Notes under the pieces: model-generated | Seen by the model: only the letters and a program-made list of their open reading frames with translations | Told to the model about the DNA's origin: nothing | Databases searched by the model: none | Source: Octopus vulgaris | Taxonomy: Eukaryota | Direction: 5' to 3' | Assembly: GCA_951406725.2 (NCBI GenBank) | Contig: OX597819.1 | Location: 51,460,001-51,524,000 of the forward strand | DNA length: 64,000 nucleotides | Made by a program: the position numbers and the translations under genes | Shown: piece after piece, positions 42,891 through 57,721 of the stretch | How the letters are laid out: each line of letters starts with the position of its first letter | Numbering within the stretch: the stretch's first letter is position 1

Positions 42891-42923
42891 AAAGTAAAAT
42901 AGAGGGTAGCTAGCAGAGTCGTT

Positions 42924-43262
42924 GTGAAGGTGCATGGCTCAGTGGTTAGAGCATCAAGCTTACAATTGTGAGGTTGTGAGTTCGATTCCCTGACCGGGCT
43001 GTGTGTTGTGTTCTTGAGCAAGACACTTTATTTCACATTGCTACAGTTCACTCAGCTGTAGAAATGAGTTGCGACGTCACTGATGCCAAGCTGTATCGGC
43101 CTTTGCCTTTTCCTTGGATAACACCAGTGGTGTGGCGAGGGGAGGCCGGTATTCATGGGCGACTGCTGGTCTTCCATAAACAACTTTGCCCTAACTTGTG
43201 CCTGGGAGAGTAACTTTCTAGGTGCAATCCCATGGTCGGATATGACCGAAGGGAGTCTCAGC
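42924..43262 (+). mobile_element. tRNA/CORE-like SINE with an RTE-like tail, inserted in a Meta-core SINE head
   Basis: TSD agcagagtcgtt at 42912-42923 and 43263-43274; second copy at 57722-58028. Confidence 0.85.
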
Positions 43263-44219
43263 AGCAGAGTCGTTAGCACGTCGTATAAAACGCTTAGCGA
43301 CATTTCTTACGGCTTTACGTTCTGAGTTCAAATGTCAACTTCACATTTCATCCTTTTGGGATCGATAAAATAAACACCAGCTGAATACTAGGATCGATGT
43401 AATCAACAAGCCCTTTCTCACAAAATTTCAGGTTTTTTGGCCTATAGAAAAAAGAAAAAAAATGTCAGAAAGCAACACAAAATATAGGCGTCGAGATGGC
43501 AGAATCGTTGAGGAGTCAGACAAGATACTTAGCAGAATGTCCTGACGTTCATACCACATGTAGCCTTCGGTTACTCTAAATATTTAAAATATTTAAACAT
43601 TTCCTATACACTGCGTTGCTACTTTTGTCTCCAAGAAAGCATATTTTGTCGCTTACTAACATCTTCATATGTCACTAAGTTACTAATAGCCAATATGATA
43701 AAAGTCATTTTTACGGTCTCGTCATTCTTTCTGTTGTGTCCAATTAAACAATGGCTTCATTAGAGCGAGAAAAGCTAATTCATTTCTTTTAATATTGACG
43801 TGCCACTGGTATCTTCCTCAATACACTTTCGTTTCCTTCTCAATCTTTTATTTTAATGATACTTTAATGGTTTTAGCCATTAAACTGTTGCCATACCGAA
43901 GCACAACCTTCAAATATATTTCTCGGTGATTTGTCTACTGATGTTATGGATCTGCTAAAGGATGAAATGAAAAGTTGATCTGGCCATGAAGAAATACAAA
44001 GCATATATAACTACATATGCAACAATGTATTTTCGTTCAAAGCATCGGTTTCTTTCGGTCGCCAGTCTTACCACACAGTCACACCGGTTTCTTAGCCAAA
44101 TCTCACGGTGTTATTACCTTCGTGATGTAATTATTTCCTTCTTTATTGTTTCTATATTGTTCAGTCAGTGTTGTCTAAGTGACCCGATGCAGCAATAAAT
44201 GTCGTATGGACTGATATCT

Positions 44220-44220
44220 T

Positions 44221-44294
<74 letters not shown>

Positions 44295-44295
44295 G

Positions 44296-44338
<43 letters not shown>

Positions 44339-44466
44339 GATCTATCTGTTTATCTATCTATCCATTTATCTATCTATCTATCTGTCTATCTATCTGTATA
44401 TCTATCCATCTATCTATCAGTTTATCTATCTATCTATCTATCTATCTATCCATCCATCCATCCATC

Positions 44467-44563
<97 letters not shown>

Positions 44564-44615
44564 GTTTGTCTTTCTTTCTATCTATCTATCTATCTATCTT
44601 TCCATTTATCTATAT
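44220..44615. repeat. (TATC)n array
   Basis: Directly visible. Confidence 0.95.
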
Positions 44616-45221
44616 CTTAGGAGAACTCCTGCAACAATTCGATATGAAAAGTATGAAATGTAATTCATAATCGTTATATAACAAACTTGAATTTGCAGTT
44701 GATTGATTCAATAAAGTTGTCATTACCACCATCATCTCCGTCGCCATCACAATCTCCGTTACCATCACCACCATCACCAGTACCACCGCTACCACCACTA
44801 TCTCCACCTCACCCTGACCGAAGTGTCAACTATTTGAATTATTACCATCACTACCACCACTAACATCACCACAGTCAGCAGCACCACCACCACAACAATC
44901 TTCACCCCCATCATCATAATCACCACCATCACCACCATCACTATCACTATCATCATCATCGCCATCATTAACACCGCCACCATCACCCCACCCCGCCCAA
45001 ACCAAAGAGTCAACTATTTGAATTTCATGACAAATGCTAAACCGTATCAAATGAACCAGATAAACATGGAGTCAAATCTTTATAGTCGCAAAAAGCTATC
45101 ATGTATCTTTTTATCTATCTTTTAATCAGGAGGGAAGCTTGTGCTTGTGGCACTTGACAGGGCCTTCAAGACTGGTGGAAGGAACGAAGGTATCTTCGAA
45201 TTGGTGACCTGGCTCGAATTC

Positions 45222-45579
45222 TTAACCCTTTGAATGCGAAAGCGGATATATCTTCTCAAAATATATCTTATTACCGTTAATATTGAAAAACAAAAGAGAA
45301 AACGTCGCCTCCTGCTAGAAGAAGAGACAACCCCCATTGACACTTATTACAAAAGACAATTTTTCGGATTTTCTTGTTCAAATATTTAATCCAATATCAC
45401 GTGACAGAGCAAGAATGAAATACTTTTAGTCATGGATATACAAACCACATCTACAGGAGATACTGAAAATACATTGCAGGAGGCAATATTATTTCTATGT
45501 TCTTTTGTTTGCCTTTGTGTGGATAATTAAAATCATTAAAGTAATCACCATGAAATTTAATTAAGCAGTTGAAGGTTAA
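45222..45579. mobile_element. Possible piggyBac-type MITE relic
   Basis: TTAA|CCCTTTGAATGCG left end; weak right end GCAGTTGAAGG|TTAA. Confidence 0.3.
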
Positions 45580-46807
45580 AAGACTGAACTCCACCACTAA
45601 AGCTACTGTAGCCGCCAGGTAGTAGGTCTTAAACTACAAGAAGAATTTGGCGGAATTTGAATTTAAGACACAGTACCGGAAAAAATAGAGCAATCATCTG
45701 ATATTGTTACATTTACGCCAATCCACGCCGAGGAATGGGTGAAAAACAAATTTGATTTCGGCAGATTTGAACTAAGAACGTAGAGGTCAGAGTAAATACC
45801 ACGAAGCATTTCATCCGACGCTCTAACGACTCTGCCAATTATCCGTGCAAGTAGAGACCGTTTCTTTGACCGCCTACGGTTACTGTATTGATTTCTCACG
45901 TTGGCAACAAGGTTACTAATTAGCCATGCAAGGATATATATCGATCGCTTGACTGAATCCCTAGTACATAAACAATCTCTTCTTTCACATATTCCCCCTT
46001 CTCATCATCGCCATCATCATATTCATCATATTCTTCAACTTTATCATCGTCATCCTTGCCATCATCATCATCATCATCGCCATCATTGTCGTAGTCGTTG
46101 TCGTTGTCATCTTCGTCAATGTATTGTCGTCATCTTCGTCGTCGTTGCTATCGTCATCATCATCATCATTTTCATTGCCCTTGTTGTCGTCAGCACCATC
46201 ATTGTTATCATCTTCATCGTCGTCATCGTTGTCATTATCACCTGCAGCAGCAGCACCACCACCACTACCACCATCATTATCATCCTCACCATCGTCGTCG
46301 TCATCGCCGTCATCATCCTTGGTATCATCATAATTATCATCACCATCATCATCATCTGATCTGGTCTCATAAAGCTGAATATCATGGGGTCATTATCGCA
46401 GTCTTTTACAATTTTTCACCTTCATTGTATTTTAAGTGTGTCTACTTCTCGATAACATCCTTCCGCGTAATGTCTTGGTTTACCTCTTCCTGCTTTCTCA
46501 ATAGTTTTGCATTCCATTAACAGTTTCAGTAACTTACATCTTTCTAATCAAGAGTTCAAAATATTTAAGTTGTCCCTCTTTGATGGCTTCCAATAACATT
46601 CTCTTAGTGTATACTATTCTTAGTGTATACTATCCGTCGTTGGTTTTGTATCCGATTTTCACAAAAATGTATTCGCGAATAGATAATTTATAGATCCGGT
46701 TGGAACGGAACTTTAAACACAAAGAAACGTAATAACTAATAATATGAGTTATTCATTTTAACATTTCAGCGTTCTGTCGCTTAACGCATGAAATTTTGTT
46801 GGCAAAT

Positions 46808-47482
46808 GAAGGCGACAAGCTGGCAAAATCGTTAGCTCAACAGACATTTCGGCCGTCTTTATGCTCCGAGTTCAAAATCCACCGAGGCCGACTTTGCCTT
46901 TCATCCTTTCGGGGTCGATAAAATAAGTATCAGTTGGACACTTGGATCGATGTAATTAGCTCATCCCATTCCACTAGAATTGTTGGCCATTTGCCAAAAT
47001 GTTAAACCATTGTATACGTAAAGGAACGCAGTGGCCTGGCAGAGTCGTTAAAACGTTGGAAAAAAACAGCCTGTAATATTTGTTTCCGGCTCTTTACATC
47101 CTGAGTTCAAATCCTACCTAGGTCAATTTTGCTTTTCATCCTTTTGGGGTGTTGAAGTAAAATATAGCAGTCAAATGCTAGCGTCGGTGGAATGAACTAA
47201 GCAATTCCTATTGAAATTAATGTCCTTGTTTCATATGCACAAGATCAAATTGTCCAATATTGGTTCCAGATTTTGGCACAAAGCCAGCAACTCCAGAGGA
47301 GGAGGCAACTGATTAAGTCGATTACACCGATCCCAGTAATCAACTGGTACCTATTTCATCTATCCCGAAGGGATGAAAGGCAAAGTCGACCTCGGCGGAA
47401 TTTGAACTCAGAATATAAAGACAGACGAACTACCTCAAAGCATTTTACCCAGCTGCTAACGGCTCTGCCAGCTCGCTGCCTT
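46808..47482. mobile_element. Cluster of three Meta-core SINEs (two +, one -)
   Basis: Core gcctttcatcctttcggggtcgat variants at about 46895, 47130 and 47365 (-). Confidence 0.85.
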
Positions 47483-47910
47483 TCCATTGTCTACTGTTAT
47501 ATAGCTGCAAGGCCACGAATGCTAGAAGATGGTTTTCATGAATTATTTTCATGAATTATTTTAACATACCACAGCACTTTTATATCGATCCACCAATGGA
47601 TGAAAAGCAAAGTCGATCTTGGCCGGATATCAAATCAGAACATAAAGAAACCTAGCTTAACATCATAATATATTTTGTCTGAGGCTACATTGACATAGCT
47701 ACTAACTACTTTATTTATCTATAAAACTGTCTCATTAAACAAAAAAAGATATTTTCTGTAAGAATTCCATTCGGAAAATGCTGGTATGTTTTTAATGTTA
47801 GCATTTTTTCCTTTGTGTCTGCTTCTGCCTACATCTTACTTGATCTAGCCTCGCCTCTTCCCTTTGTCTTCCCTTTGAAACTGTTGAAAATATCCGCCTG
47901 GTCTCTACGA

Positions 47911-48042
47911 AGGATATGAGATGTTTTGACACAGCCGTTTTGACACGGTTATTTTGGCAGGGCTGTTTTGACGCCGCTTATTTAGCGTCACTAATTCAAC
48001 GCTGATTTATTTATATCAGACTTTTAATGTTCTTCATTCTCT

Positions 48043-48088
<46 letters not shown>

Positions 48089-48716
48089 GTTTGTGTATGA
48101 GCATATTTCTCTTTATGCATATGTGGGGTAGGAAAATATAACAGTGTTCAACTGATAAAGGTGAATGCGCGTGGTTTAGTAATTAAGGTATTTGGCTCAC
48201 GATCGTAGAGTCCTGAGTTCGATTCCTGGCGACGCGTCGTGTCCTTGAGCAAGACGCTTTATTTAGCATTTCTCCAGTTCATTCAACTAGCAAAAATGAG
48301 TTGTAGCTGTAATTCAAAGGAGCCAGCCTTATCAAATTTTGTGTCATGTTTAATCTCCCTGTGATCTGAGCTAAGGGTACGCATGTCTGTGGAGTGCTCA
48401 GCCACTTGCACGTTAGTTTCCCGAGCAGGCAGTTCCGTTGATCGGATCAACTGAAACACTTGTCGTCGTAACCGATTGAGTGCCAGTTAATAAATTATTA
48501 TGTCTCTTTCCCTTACTCTTTTTCTCTCTCTTAACATTTCCGTGCTCTCTCTCTCTCTCATTTTCTCTGTATGGGCATGTTTGTGTATGCACAAGCGTGT
48601 ATGCGTGTGTTTGGCTCAAGTGCCAAAAAGTACTGTCATCGAAACAGGTTCAGTATCCATTCGACCGTGCCAAATCACCGGTGTCAAAACAGCAACGCCC
48701 AATCGACTCATTTTCT
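47911..48716. mobile_element. DNA-transposon relic with ~15-bp subterminal repeats, interrupted by a SINE (48162-48486)
   Basis: Left end has repeated ttttgaca/ttttggca/ttttgacg units; right end has inverted tgccaaa/gtgtcaaaacagc units. Confidence 0.45.
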
Positions 48717-49289
48717 GCATTAGAAGAAAACACTTTACTTTATCCTGTATCTAAACACCTATTACTTCTTCAAAAACATACATACTATCACTGCTATGTT
48801 ATCTCTGCAAGCATTAACCAATAGAAATTCGAATAAAACATCAATAGTCACCGACATCAATTTCACCAGAGAAAACTGGTTGTGGTAATGGACACAGCAA
48901 CGTCACCTAATATTGTAACCCCAAGACAATGTCTTTCACATTGCTTTTCTCTCTCATCTTCTTTGTATGTAAGTATGTATGCATGTATGTATGTATTTAT
49001 GTATGTATGTAAGTAGGCATGTATGTATGCATGTATGTATGCATGCTTGTATATATGCATGTATGTATGAGAATGCATATCATCAAAGTGACACTAGGGT
49101 AAAATGACCTTGCAGGTGGGGCCAAGTTTAAATTTCCTTCAAGTCGAGTATCCCATCCCGCTGAAAAGGTTTCTGAGTAAGGATTGTTTAAGGATGATGA
49201 ACCAACACACTCATTGCCAATAGAGAAAGAACCGGTTTCTAACCTAGATCCAAGACTCCTTCATTGGAATTTCAACATCAACAACAGGG

Positions 49290-49640
49290 TATTTTTGTTT
49301 GTATGTATGTAAGTATGTATGTATATATGTATATGTGCAACTTTGTATGTTTTGTTTTATGTATGTATTCTCATGCATATAGTTGCATATCTGGACATGC
49401 TCATATATATTTAAATGATAAATTTCTGGAAAGACTTATAAATTTTTACAGTTCCACTGATGAATTTGCTCTGTAGTCTTCGAGTTAGCTTTCTCCATTC
49501 TGATTTTGAGAAGTCTAATTTGTCAAGATTGGTATTTAAGCAGTGTGTTACATATTTAAGAGCCCCAATAATTACAAGTATAAATCTGAACTTGTAATCT
49601 GGATAGAGTTGCTGCAGATTTCTTAAAAGTTCAGCGTCGG
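49290..49640 (-). mobile_element. R4/Dong-like REL element 3' end (same family as 13872)
   Basis: AELLRNLQQLYPDYKFRFILVIIGALKYV...LQSKFISGTVKIYKSFQKFII*; 3' UTR runs into (CATA)n. Confidence 0.75.
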
Positions 49641-49645
49641 TATTG

Positions 49646-49880
49646 GCTAGCTGGCAGAAACGTTAGCACGCCGGGCGAAATGCTTAGCGATATTTCGTCT
49701 GCCGCTACATTCTGAGTTCAAATTCCGCCGAGGTCGACTTTGCCTTTCATCCTTTCGGGGTCGATTAAATAAGTACCAGTTACGCACTGGGGTCGATATA
49801 ATCGACTTAATCCGTTTGTCTGTCCTTGTTTGTCCTCTCTGTGTTTAGCCCCTTGTGGGTAGTAAAGAAATAGGTATTTT
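49646..49880 (+). mobile_element. Meta-core SINE, young
   Basis: Near-identical to the 21573 copy. Confidence 0.9.
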
Positions 49881-49997
49881 CTTTTTCACTGATCTTCAGC
49901 TTTATGTTAACATCCACTGGGCAGCTAATTTCCATGTATTATGTATGTATGTATGTATGTATGTATGTATGTATGTATGTATGTATGTATGTATGTA

Positions 49998-50028
<31 letters not shown>

Positions 50029-50031
50029 ATG

Positions 50032-50062
<31 letters not shown>

Positions 50063-50128
50063 GTATGCGTGTATGTGCTAAATATAAGATAGGAAAGTAC
50101 AGTTTGAAAATACTTATATTATAAAATT

Positions 50129-50208
50129 CCTTACATATGTTTCGGTGTCACAAACTGATTACGTAAGGATAACCTTACGCAATACTTTATCCCTCACTTC
50201 GTCGGAGG
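50129..50208 (-). ncRNA. Hammerhead motif with extended stem II
   Basis: CCT-CCGACGA-AGTG...ATTGCGTAAGG(TTAT)CCTTACGTAAT...CAC-C-GAAAC-ATAT-GTA-AGG. Confidence 0.6.
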
Positions 50209-50634
50209 TTGTTATAAATAGCACGTGTAACGATGTTCTTAAGAAACATTTTATTTTTCTAGTGTATACTCCATGGCCTTTATAGCCAATAAGATCTGTA
50301 ACATGAATTTTTGCTATAACAAGGATTCACGTCACAGGTTTTACTTCCAGGGTGTAATGGAGCATGTAGTGTTCTAACACAACTGTTATGTGTCGGGCAC
50401 TTTAGCTAGCACTTTATAAATATTATATGCACGTATTCAAGTATATATATATATATATATACATATATTCTTATCTAATGGTTCCTATGATGCTCTATCT
50501 CTATTTTCCTCTATTGATCATTCAATCTCTAGTCTTAATTACTCTTTCCTTCCCACTATAACGACATTACTCTATCTTTATGGATATTCAGCACTCTTCT
50601 CACTTTTCTATCACTCCCCCTCTCTGTCTGTGTA

Positions 50635-50678
<44 letters not shown>

Positions 50679-51145
50679 ACTTTCTATCTCGTTATATTTC
50701 ACTATTAATGTGACTCTATCTGTTTTGCTTCCACTCATCATATCTGTCACCTGCCGCATCTCTGTGTCACATCTTCATTCTCCAATCTACTTTTTGCATG
50801 GCCGAACGTTAATTTTCTTTGCATGTACCGCTGACACACTCTCACACATGCACACTCACACACACACACACACACGCTCCTCCTCTAACGTTGTCTTGCA
50901 CTCTCTGCATATATGCATATATATATATATATATATATACATATATATAAACACACACATATATATGTATATAAAGATATCTATAATATATAAATATATA
51001 TATATAAACGCATACATATACACTTATATATATATATATATACATATACACACATATATATATATATACATATACACACATATATATATATATATACATA
51101 TAAATGCATATGCATACACAAACATATGCATACATATATATATAT

Positions 51146-51194
<49 letters not shown>

Positions 51195-51422
51195 CCTATT
51201 TCATCATATACATGTGTGTGTGTGAGTATGATGATGATGATGAAATAGGCTTATATTTATCTATCTATATATCTAAATAAATAAATATAAATGTAATCTA
51301 TCTAATCTCATTTTTATGCATATTCTCTCTGATCATTTTACCATTCTCATTTCCTCGACCTCTTTTTTCTCTCCTTCTTTCTTTGTCCTTCTCTCTCTCT
51401 TTCACCTCCTATTTCTCTCTCA

Positions 51423-51470
<48 letters not shown>

Positions 51471-52049
51471 CCTCTATCTCACTATTCCCCTTACCCCCTT
51501 CCACCTTTCCCACGTACACACAATCTTTCTCAAATACATTCAGAGCTTACTCTTACCCTCGCTAATTTACATTTTGATTCATCGTATAATTTTTTTTTTA
51601 TATATATTTTAATACCATTTTCAGCTTTTTAATGCTTTTTTTTCCTTTTGCTTGATATACAATTTTCCCATTTTTTCTTTTCTATTTTTTCTGTTTTTTT
51701 CTTTTTTTCCCTATATTTCGTTAAACCCAACCCTTCCTCTTGATCCTTTCCCTTGCACCACCCCATCTACCACCACCACCACCACCACCATTCGCCGCCA
51801 TTTTTTTCCATTTACCATCTTCTTTCCTGCTTTAACCCCTATAGCTATATATTTGTCTTACCCCCGATATCTCTATCCGCCTATTCCAAGCTTTAGCTTC
51901 AACCACCCCTCTATCAGTGTTCCTACCAGGCTATCAATCTATCTACCTATCGATCTAACTATCTCTATCTATCTATCGATTGATGTATTTATCTACTTCT
52001 ATATGTATACGTACATTTAGATTGTATGTGTGAAAGTATACGTATATAG

Positions 52050-52109
<60 letters not shown>

Positions 52110-52134
52110 TATATATTTATATGTATATATGTAT

Positions 52135-52196
<62 letters not shown>

Positions 52197-52314
52197 TTGT
52201 ATGTGTGTGTGTGTGTGTGTTCACATTCAGACCTCGATACATACACAAAGTTATCTGTTTATCGTTTTGGCTGCGTTTCCATATTTCATCATCAATTTCC
52301 CTCTACAAGTTCTC

Positions 52315-52361
<47 letters not shown>

Positions 52362-52414
52362 TTTCACTCAATATCCCTGTGTGTGTGTGTATATACATAT
52401 ATATATATGTATAC

Positions 52415-52472
<58 letters not shown>

Positions 52473-52694
52473 CATACATATACAACAACGCTTATGCATA
52501 CATATATTTATACATACATATATATATATATATAGACATATATACAAATATGTGTGTGCGTGTGTATGCATATCTGTGGATCTAATATCTCTGTGAATAT
52601 ATCCACCACCACCACCCCTCTCTCTCTCTCTTACCATTTATTTATCTCACTAAGAGATCTGTCCTCTCACTTTTCTCACTTTTCTGTGCCACTC

Positions 52695-52744
<50 letters not shown>

Positions 52745-52772
52745 ATCTATCTATCTATCTATCTATTAATAT

Positions 52773-52855
<83 letters not shown>

Positions 52856-53507
52856 AATATTAATATATAGGGCGAGTGAAGGAGAGATGTATTTAGACCT
52901 ATATCATATATGTATATATATATATGTTTATATCCATCTATATATCAATCAATCAATCTCTGTACCTATCTAGTTATCATATATGTTTTCTTCCTGACAT
53001 TATTATATTATCTGCAATATTTCTTTCCAGCATTTCTCCTCTCTACCCTTTCTTTCATTATCTTTGCCAATCTCTCTCTCTCTCTCTCACTTTTCTCCTC
53101 TGTTTCTCTCCCTCTTTGTCTTTCTCTCTCTCTATCTATCTATCTATCCCCTTCTTCTTCGTTCTTTCACTCAGGTCTCACCGCCTCACTCTCGCCCTAC
53201 CCTTCTCCCCATAATATCTGCTACAGCTCTTGCCTCTCTTTACTTTCTTTTTCATCTCATACTCGCTCGTCGTCTCCTACACTTTCTTAATTTCACCCCA
53301 CCTCTCTCCCTCTCTCTCTCTCTTTCTCAGCCTCTCTCTTCCTATCACTCACACTCTCTCCCTAAACACACATATATGCACCGTTTTCTTATTCGTTTGC
53401 TCTTCCACTCATATCTCTGATGCCTTTTTTCTCTCTCCCTCTCAGTCCCCTCATTTCTTTCTCTTAATCTCTATTCAATACATTGTACCACTCACTCAGT
53501 CTCTCTA

Positions 53508-53555
<48 letters not shown>

Positions 53556-54349
53556 CTGCTTCTGTCTATCATATTTCTTCTCATGATATATTTTATGGGT
53601 TTTTTTTTCTCACAACCCCTCATTTCCTTCGATAACTCTTTCTCCATTCTATTTCCTCTCCCTCTTCTTTTACTGTATTTCTCTCTTTCAGTCTCTCTTC
53701 TTTCTCTCTTTCTGTCTATCTCTCTATCTATCTGCCGTTTTCTCTTACTCTTCCAATCATATGAATGGAGTTTTTCTTTTTTTCTTTTCCTCTTTATTTT
53801 TTTGTTGTAATCTGTCCTTCATTTCCTTCTACAATTCTCTCTTCAATTTACTTCATCTCAGAATTTGATTTTCCTCTCTATCTCTCTCGTTTTATCATCA
53901 CACACTCTCTCTCTCTCTCTCTTTCTCACAACCTCTTTCCCCCCTCTGTGTCTCTCCCTTTCTAATATTATCTTACATTACAGAATTTTTTTTCACTTAT
54001 CTCCCCTGTCTCACACTCTCCTACCTCAGTCTATCCCCTACCACTACTTCGACAACGCGTTGTATATTATAACAGCAACGATTTTCTTTGAAGCTGCGCC
54101 TAATGCCCGCATATATAGAACCAGATCAGAGGAATGTAGGTATTCGCATAAATAGATTTTTATCAACTTGCTAGTTGGAATCCCGCTTCAGTGCTTTCAT
54201 GAGAAAATAATCACAACTATTTCGAAAGTCATTTCGTCATATCTCTCGACGAGCGCACATCAACGAACGCCCATATCCTCCTATTATCACATATTACATA
54301 TACATACATATACAAATATATGTATGTATGTATATATTATATATATATG

Positions 54350-54392
<43 letters not shown>

Positions 54393-54450
54393 TTATACAT
54401 TTATATATATATATACATACATATATATATATATATATATACATATACAT

Positions 54451-54481
<31 letters not shown>

Positions 54482-54486
54482 CATAC

Positions 54487-54549
<63 letters not shown>

Positions 54550-56037
54550 TGAGCATTTCTGCTAATACTAAGTCTTTGGCAAAAAAACTGATAATACAAA
54601 TTACGCACACACAAACACTCACACTCACACGCTCATAGATACATACACACAATAAATATACGCACACATGCACACGTGTGTATGTATACATGCTTTTGAA
54701 CGCAAATCATATATATATATATATATATATATAAAGCACGGTTAAAAAATGAATCTGACAATGAAAATTAGAAAAAAAATTGAATTTATGAATGCATAAC
54801 TGTGTATCAATATGGGTGTATCTGCGTATTCGTATACATATATATATGTGTGTGCGTGTGTGTATGTATGTATATAATGTATGTATATATATATATATAT
54901 ACATATATGCATATATATATACATATATACATATACATATAAATATATATATGTATACATATATGCATATATATACACACATATATATGTATGTCTACAT
55001 ATATATACATATAGACATATGTGTATATATATGTATATATATATATATATATGTATAAAATCACGCCGCATGCACACACATCTACATGCACACACCTACA
55101 CACACTTACATACACACACATACGTGTGTGTGTATGCTTGTATGCGTGTGTAAGAGACAGGGGAAATGTGTGTGAGTGATTAAAAAACTGCCTGCGATAT
55201 GATGATAAATAAGCCACCAATGGATTTCTAAATCACATCATCATCATCTTTATTATTATTGTTGTTGTTGTTGTTGTTGTTATTAGCTGCACCACCGTCG
55301 CCTCCACCACCAGCATTTTTGTATTCTTCATTATTATTATTTTAGGAAAACATAGATGTGCTCTACAAGTTATGTGTATACTAGTGTGAATGATACAGAC
55401 AGCAAGTATACAGCGCCCGTGCGTTTTATTTATAAATTAGCTTTGAAAAGTTACACATGGTGTCACAAAAGCAAGATTTACTTTTCGTGTGTAATTGCGT
55501 TCTCTAATTGGCAAATCTGCGTCTCTTATACAGGATAATAAGGTTTTCGTTTACTGAGACCGTCTGACTGAAACGTGCCTCTACCATCACTTGGAAAGCT
55601 GCCACGATACGACACGTACGAGTGACTAAGACCTCAGTAACGGCAGCATTGGAACAATATTGGATGCTGATTCTGCATCCGTCTTCTGCTAGGAGGAAAG
55701 GATCGAATTTATTATAGAAGGGGTTTTATGTAACACTCCCCAACAGTCTATTTCACCATAATGAATATAACAGCAATATCCGCATCTCCTTAAAAACCTC
55801 TTTCAGTATGAGATACTCTTTAAAATAGCTACCATAACTGTATAATTACTACCATTGCAACAACAGAACTATCACAAATTGCAGCAGTATCACGACAATA
55901 GGTAAAGTTACTAATGTCATCAGTAAGGCGGCTAGCTGGTAGAATCTTTACCGCACAGAGCAAACTTGCTCCCTCGAACTAGCTGACCTTGTGCCAAAAT
56001 TTGAAATCATTATGCCATACATAGCCAAGTCGACAGT

Positions 56038-57600
56038 GGAGGCACATGGCCTAGTGGTTAGAGCAGCGGACTCGTGGTCGAGGGATTGCGGGTTCGAATC
56101 TCAGACCGGACGATGTGGGTGTTTATGAGCGAAGCATCTAAGCGCAATGGGGCTCCGGCAGAAGGTAATGGCGAATTTCCGCTGACTCTTTCGCCACAAC
56201 TTTCTCTCTCTCTCTTTCCTCCTGCATATAGCAACTCACCTGCGACGCACAGGCATCCCGTCCAGGTGGGGAATCTATACACCAATGAAACCGAGAACTC
56301 GGCCCTTATGAGCCAGGCATGGCTCGAGAAGGAACAAACAATGACAAACAAAAGTCGACGAGCTACCAGAATCGTTAGAGCGCCGGTCAAAATGCTTAGT
56401 AACATTTTGTCCGTCTTTACGTTCTGAGTTCAAATTCCGCGAGGGTCGACTTTGCCTTTCATCCTTTCGAAGTCTATAAAATAGGTACTAATCATGCACT
56501 GGGATCGATATTATGGACTTACCCCTTCTCCCAAAACTACTGGCCTTCAGCCAAAGTTTTAAATCATTATTTGATACATGGCTAAAGGCAATGAGCTAGC
56601 AGAATCGTTAAAGGCGGCGAGCTGGCAGAAATGTTAGCACGTCGGGCGAAATGCTTAGTGGTATTTCGTCTACCCGCTACGTTCTGAGTTCAACTTCCGC
56701 CGAGGTCGACTTAGCTTTTTATCCTTTCGGGGTCGATTAAGTAAGCACCAGTTACTGCCGTCGATGTAATCGACTTAATCCCTTTGTCTGTCCTTGTTTG
56801 TCCCCCCTATGTTTAGCCCCTTGTGGGCAGCAAAGAAATAAGAATCGTTGATGCGCTGAGTAAAGTGCTTAGTGGCATTTCGTCCGTCTTTACGTTCTGA
56901 GTTCAAATTCCGCCGAAGTTGACTTATCCTTTTAGGGTAATGAAAATACATACCAGTTGCGCACTGAGGACAACATAAACAACTTAACCCCTCACTTTGC
57001 CTTTCATCCTTTCGGGGTCGATTAAATAAGTACCAGTTATGCACTGGGGTAGATGTAATCGACTTATTCCCTTTGTCTCAACTTTTTGTCCCCTTTATGT
57101 TTAGCCCCTTGTGGGCAATAAAGAAATAAATATAAACAACTTAACCCCTCACCCGAAATTGCTGGTATATTATTTCAGACGTAGCTAAAGGCGGCGAGCT
57201 GGCAGAATCGTTAGCATACCAGCCGAAATACTTAGCGATATTTCTTCCTGCCTGACACCCTGAGTTCAAGTTCCACCGAGGTTGACTTTGTCTTTCGCCC
57301 TTTTGGGGAGATCAGATAAGTACCTATCAGCTGCTGGGGTTGATGTAATCGGCTTCCCCATCCCCTCAGAAACTACTGGCTCTATGAGCTGGAAGAATCT
57401 GTAGTGCACCGGACAAAATACTTAGCGGAATTTTGTCCGTCTTTATATTCTAAGTTCTAATCCCGCTGAGTTGACTTTACCTTTCATCATTTCGAGGTCA
57501 ATGAAATAAGTACCAGTTGAGCACTGGGGTCGATGTAATCGACTAACCTCTTCCCTTAAAAGTTCAGGCTCTGTGGCTACAGTACAAAATATCATTTCAT
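56038..57600 (+). mobile_element. Dense same-strand SINE cluster (V-like SINE plus at least five nested Meta-core SINEs)
   Basis: Heads at about 56038, 56353, 56586, 56611, 57187 and 57385; TSD agaatcgtt at 56601-56609 and 56841-56849. Confidence 0.9.
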
Positions 57601-57721
57601 ACGTAGCCGTTCCTTAAGCATTAACATTGAAGAACTGAGCTTGGTTAAATGCTTGCGACCATCCTAGACTAGGTTTTAACCTTAAGTGAGAAATTATTGT
57701 TACCTTTTCTGCAGTTTCATA

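Noticed and set aside
44825-45024. gtcaactatttgaatt direct repeat as a TSD
   Set aside because: Similarity extends upstream of both copies, which fits an old tandem duplication of a CAC-rich unit better
45122-45343. Protein-like ORF ...RIQRVKNSSQVTNSKIPSFLPPV as a host exon
   Set aside because: It spans a TTAACCCTTT piggyBac-like terminus, has no recognisable family and has no partner exons
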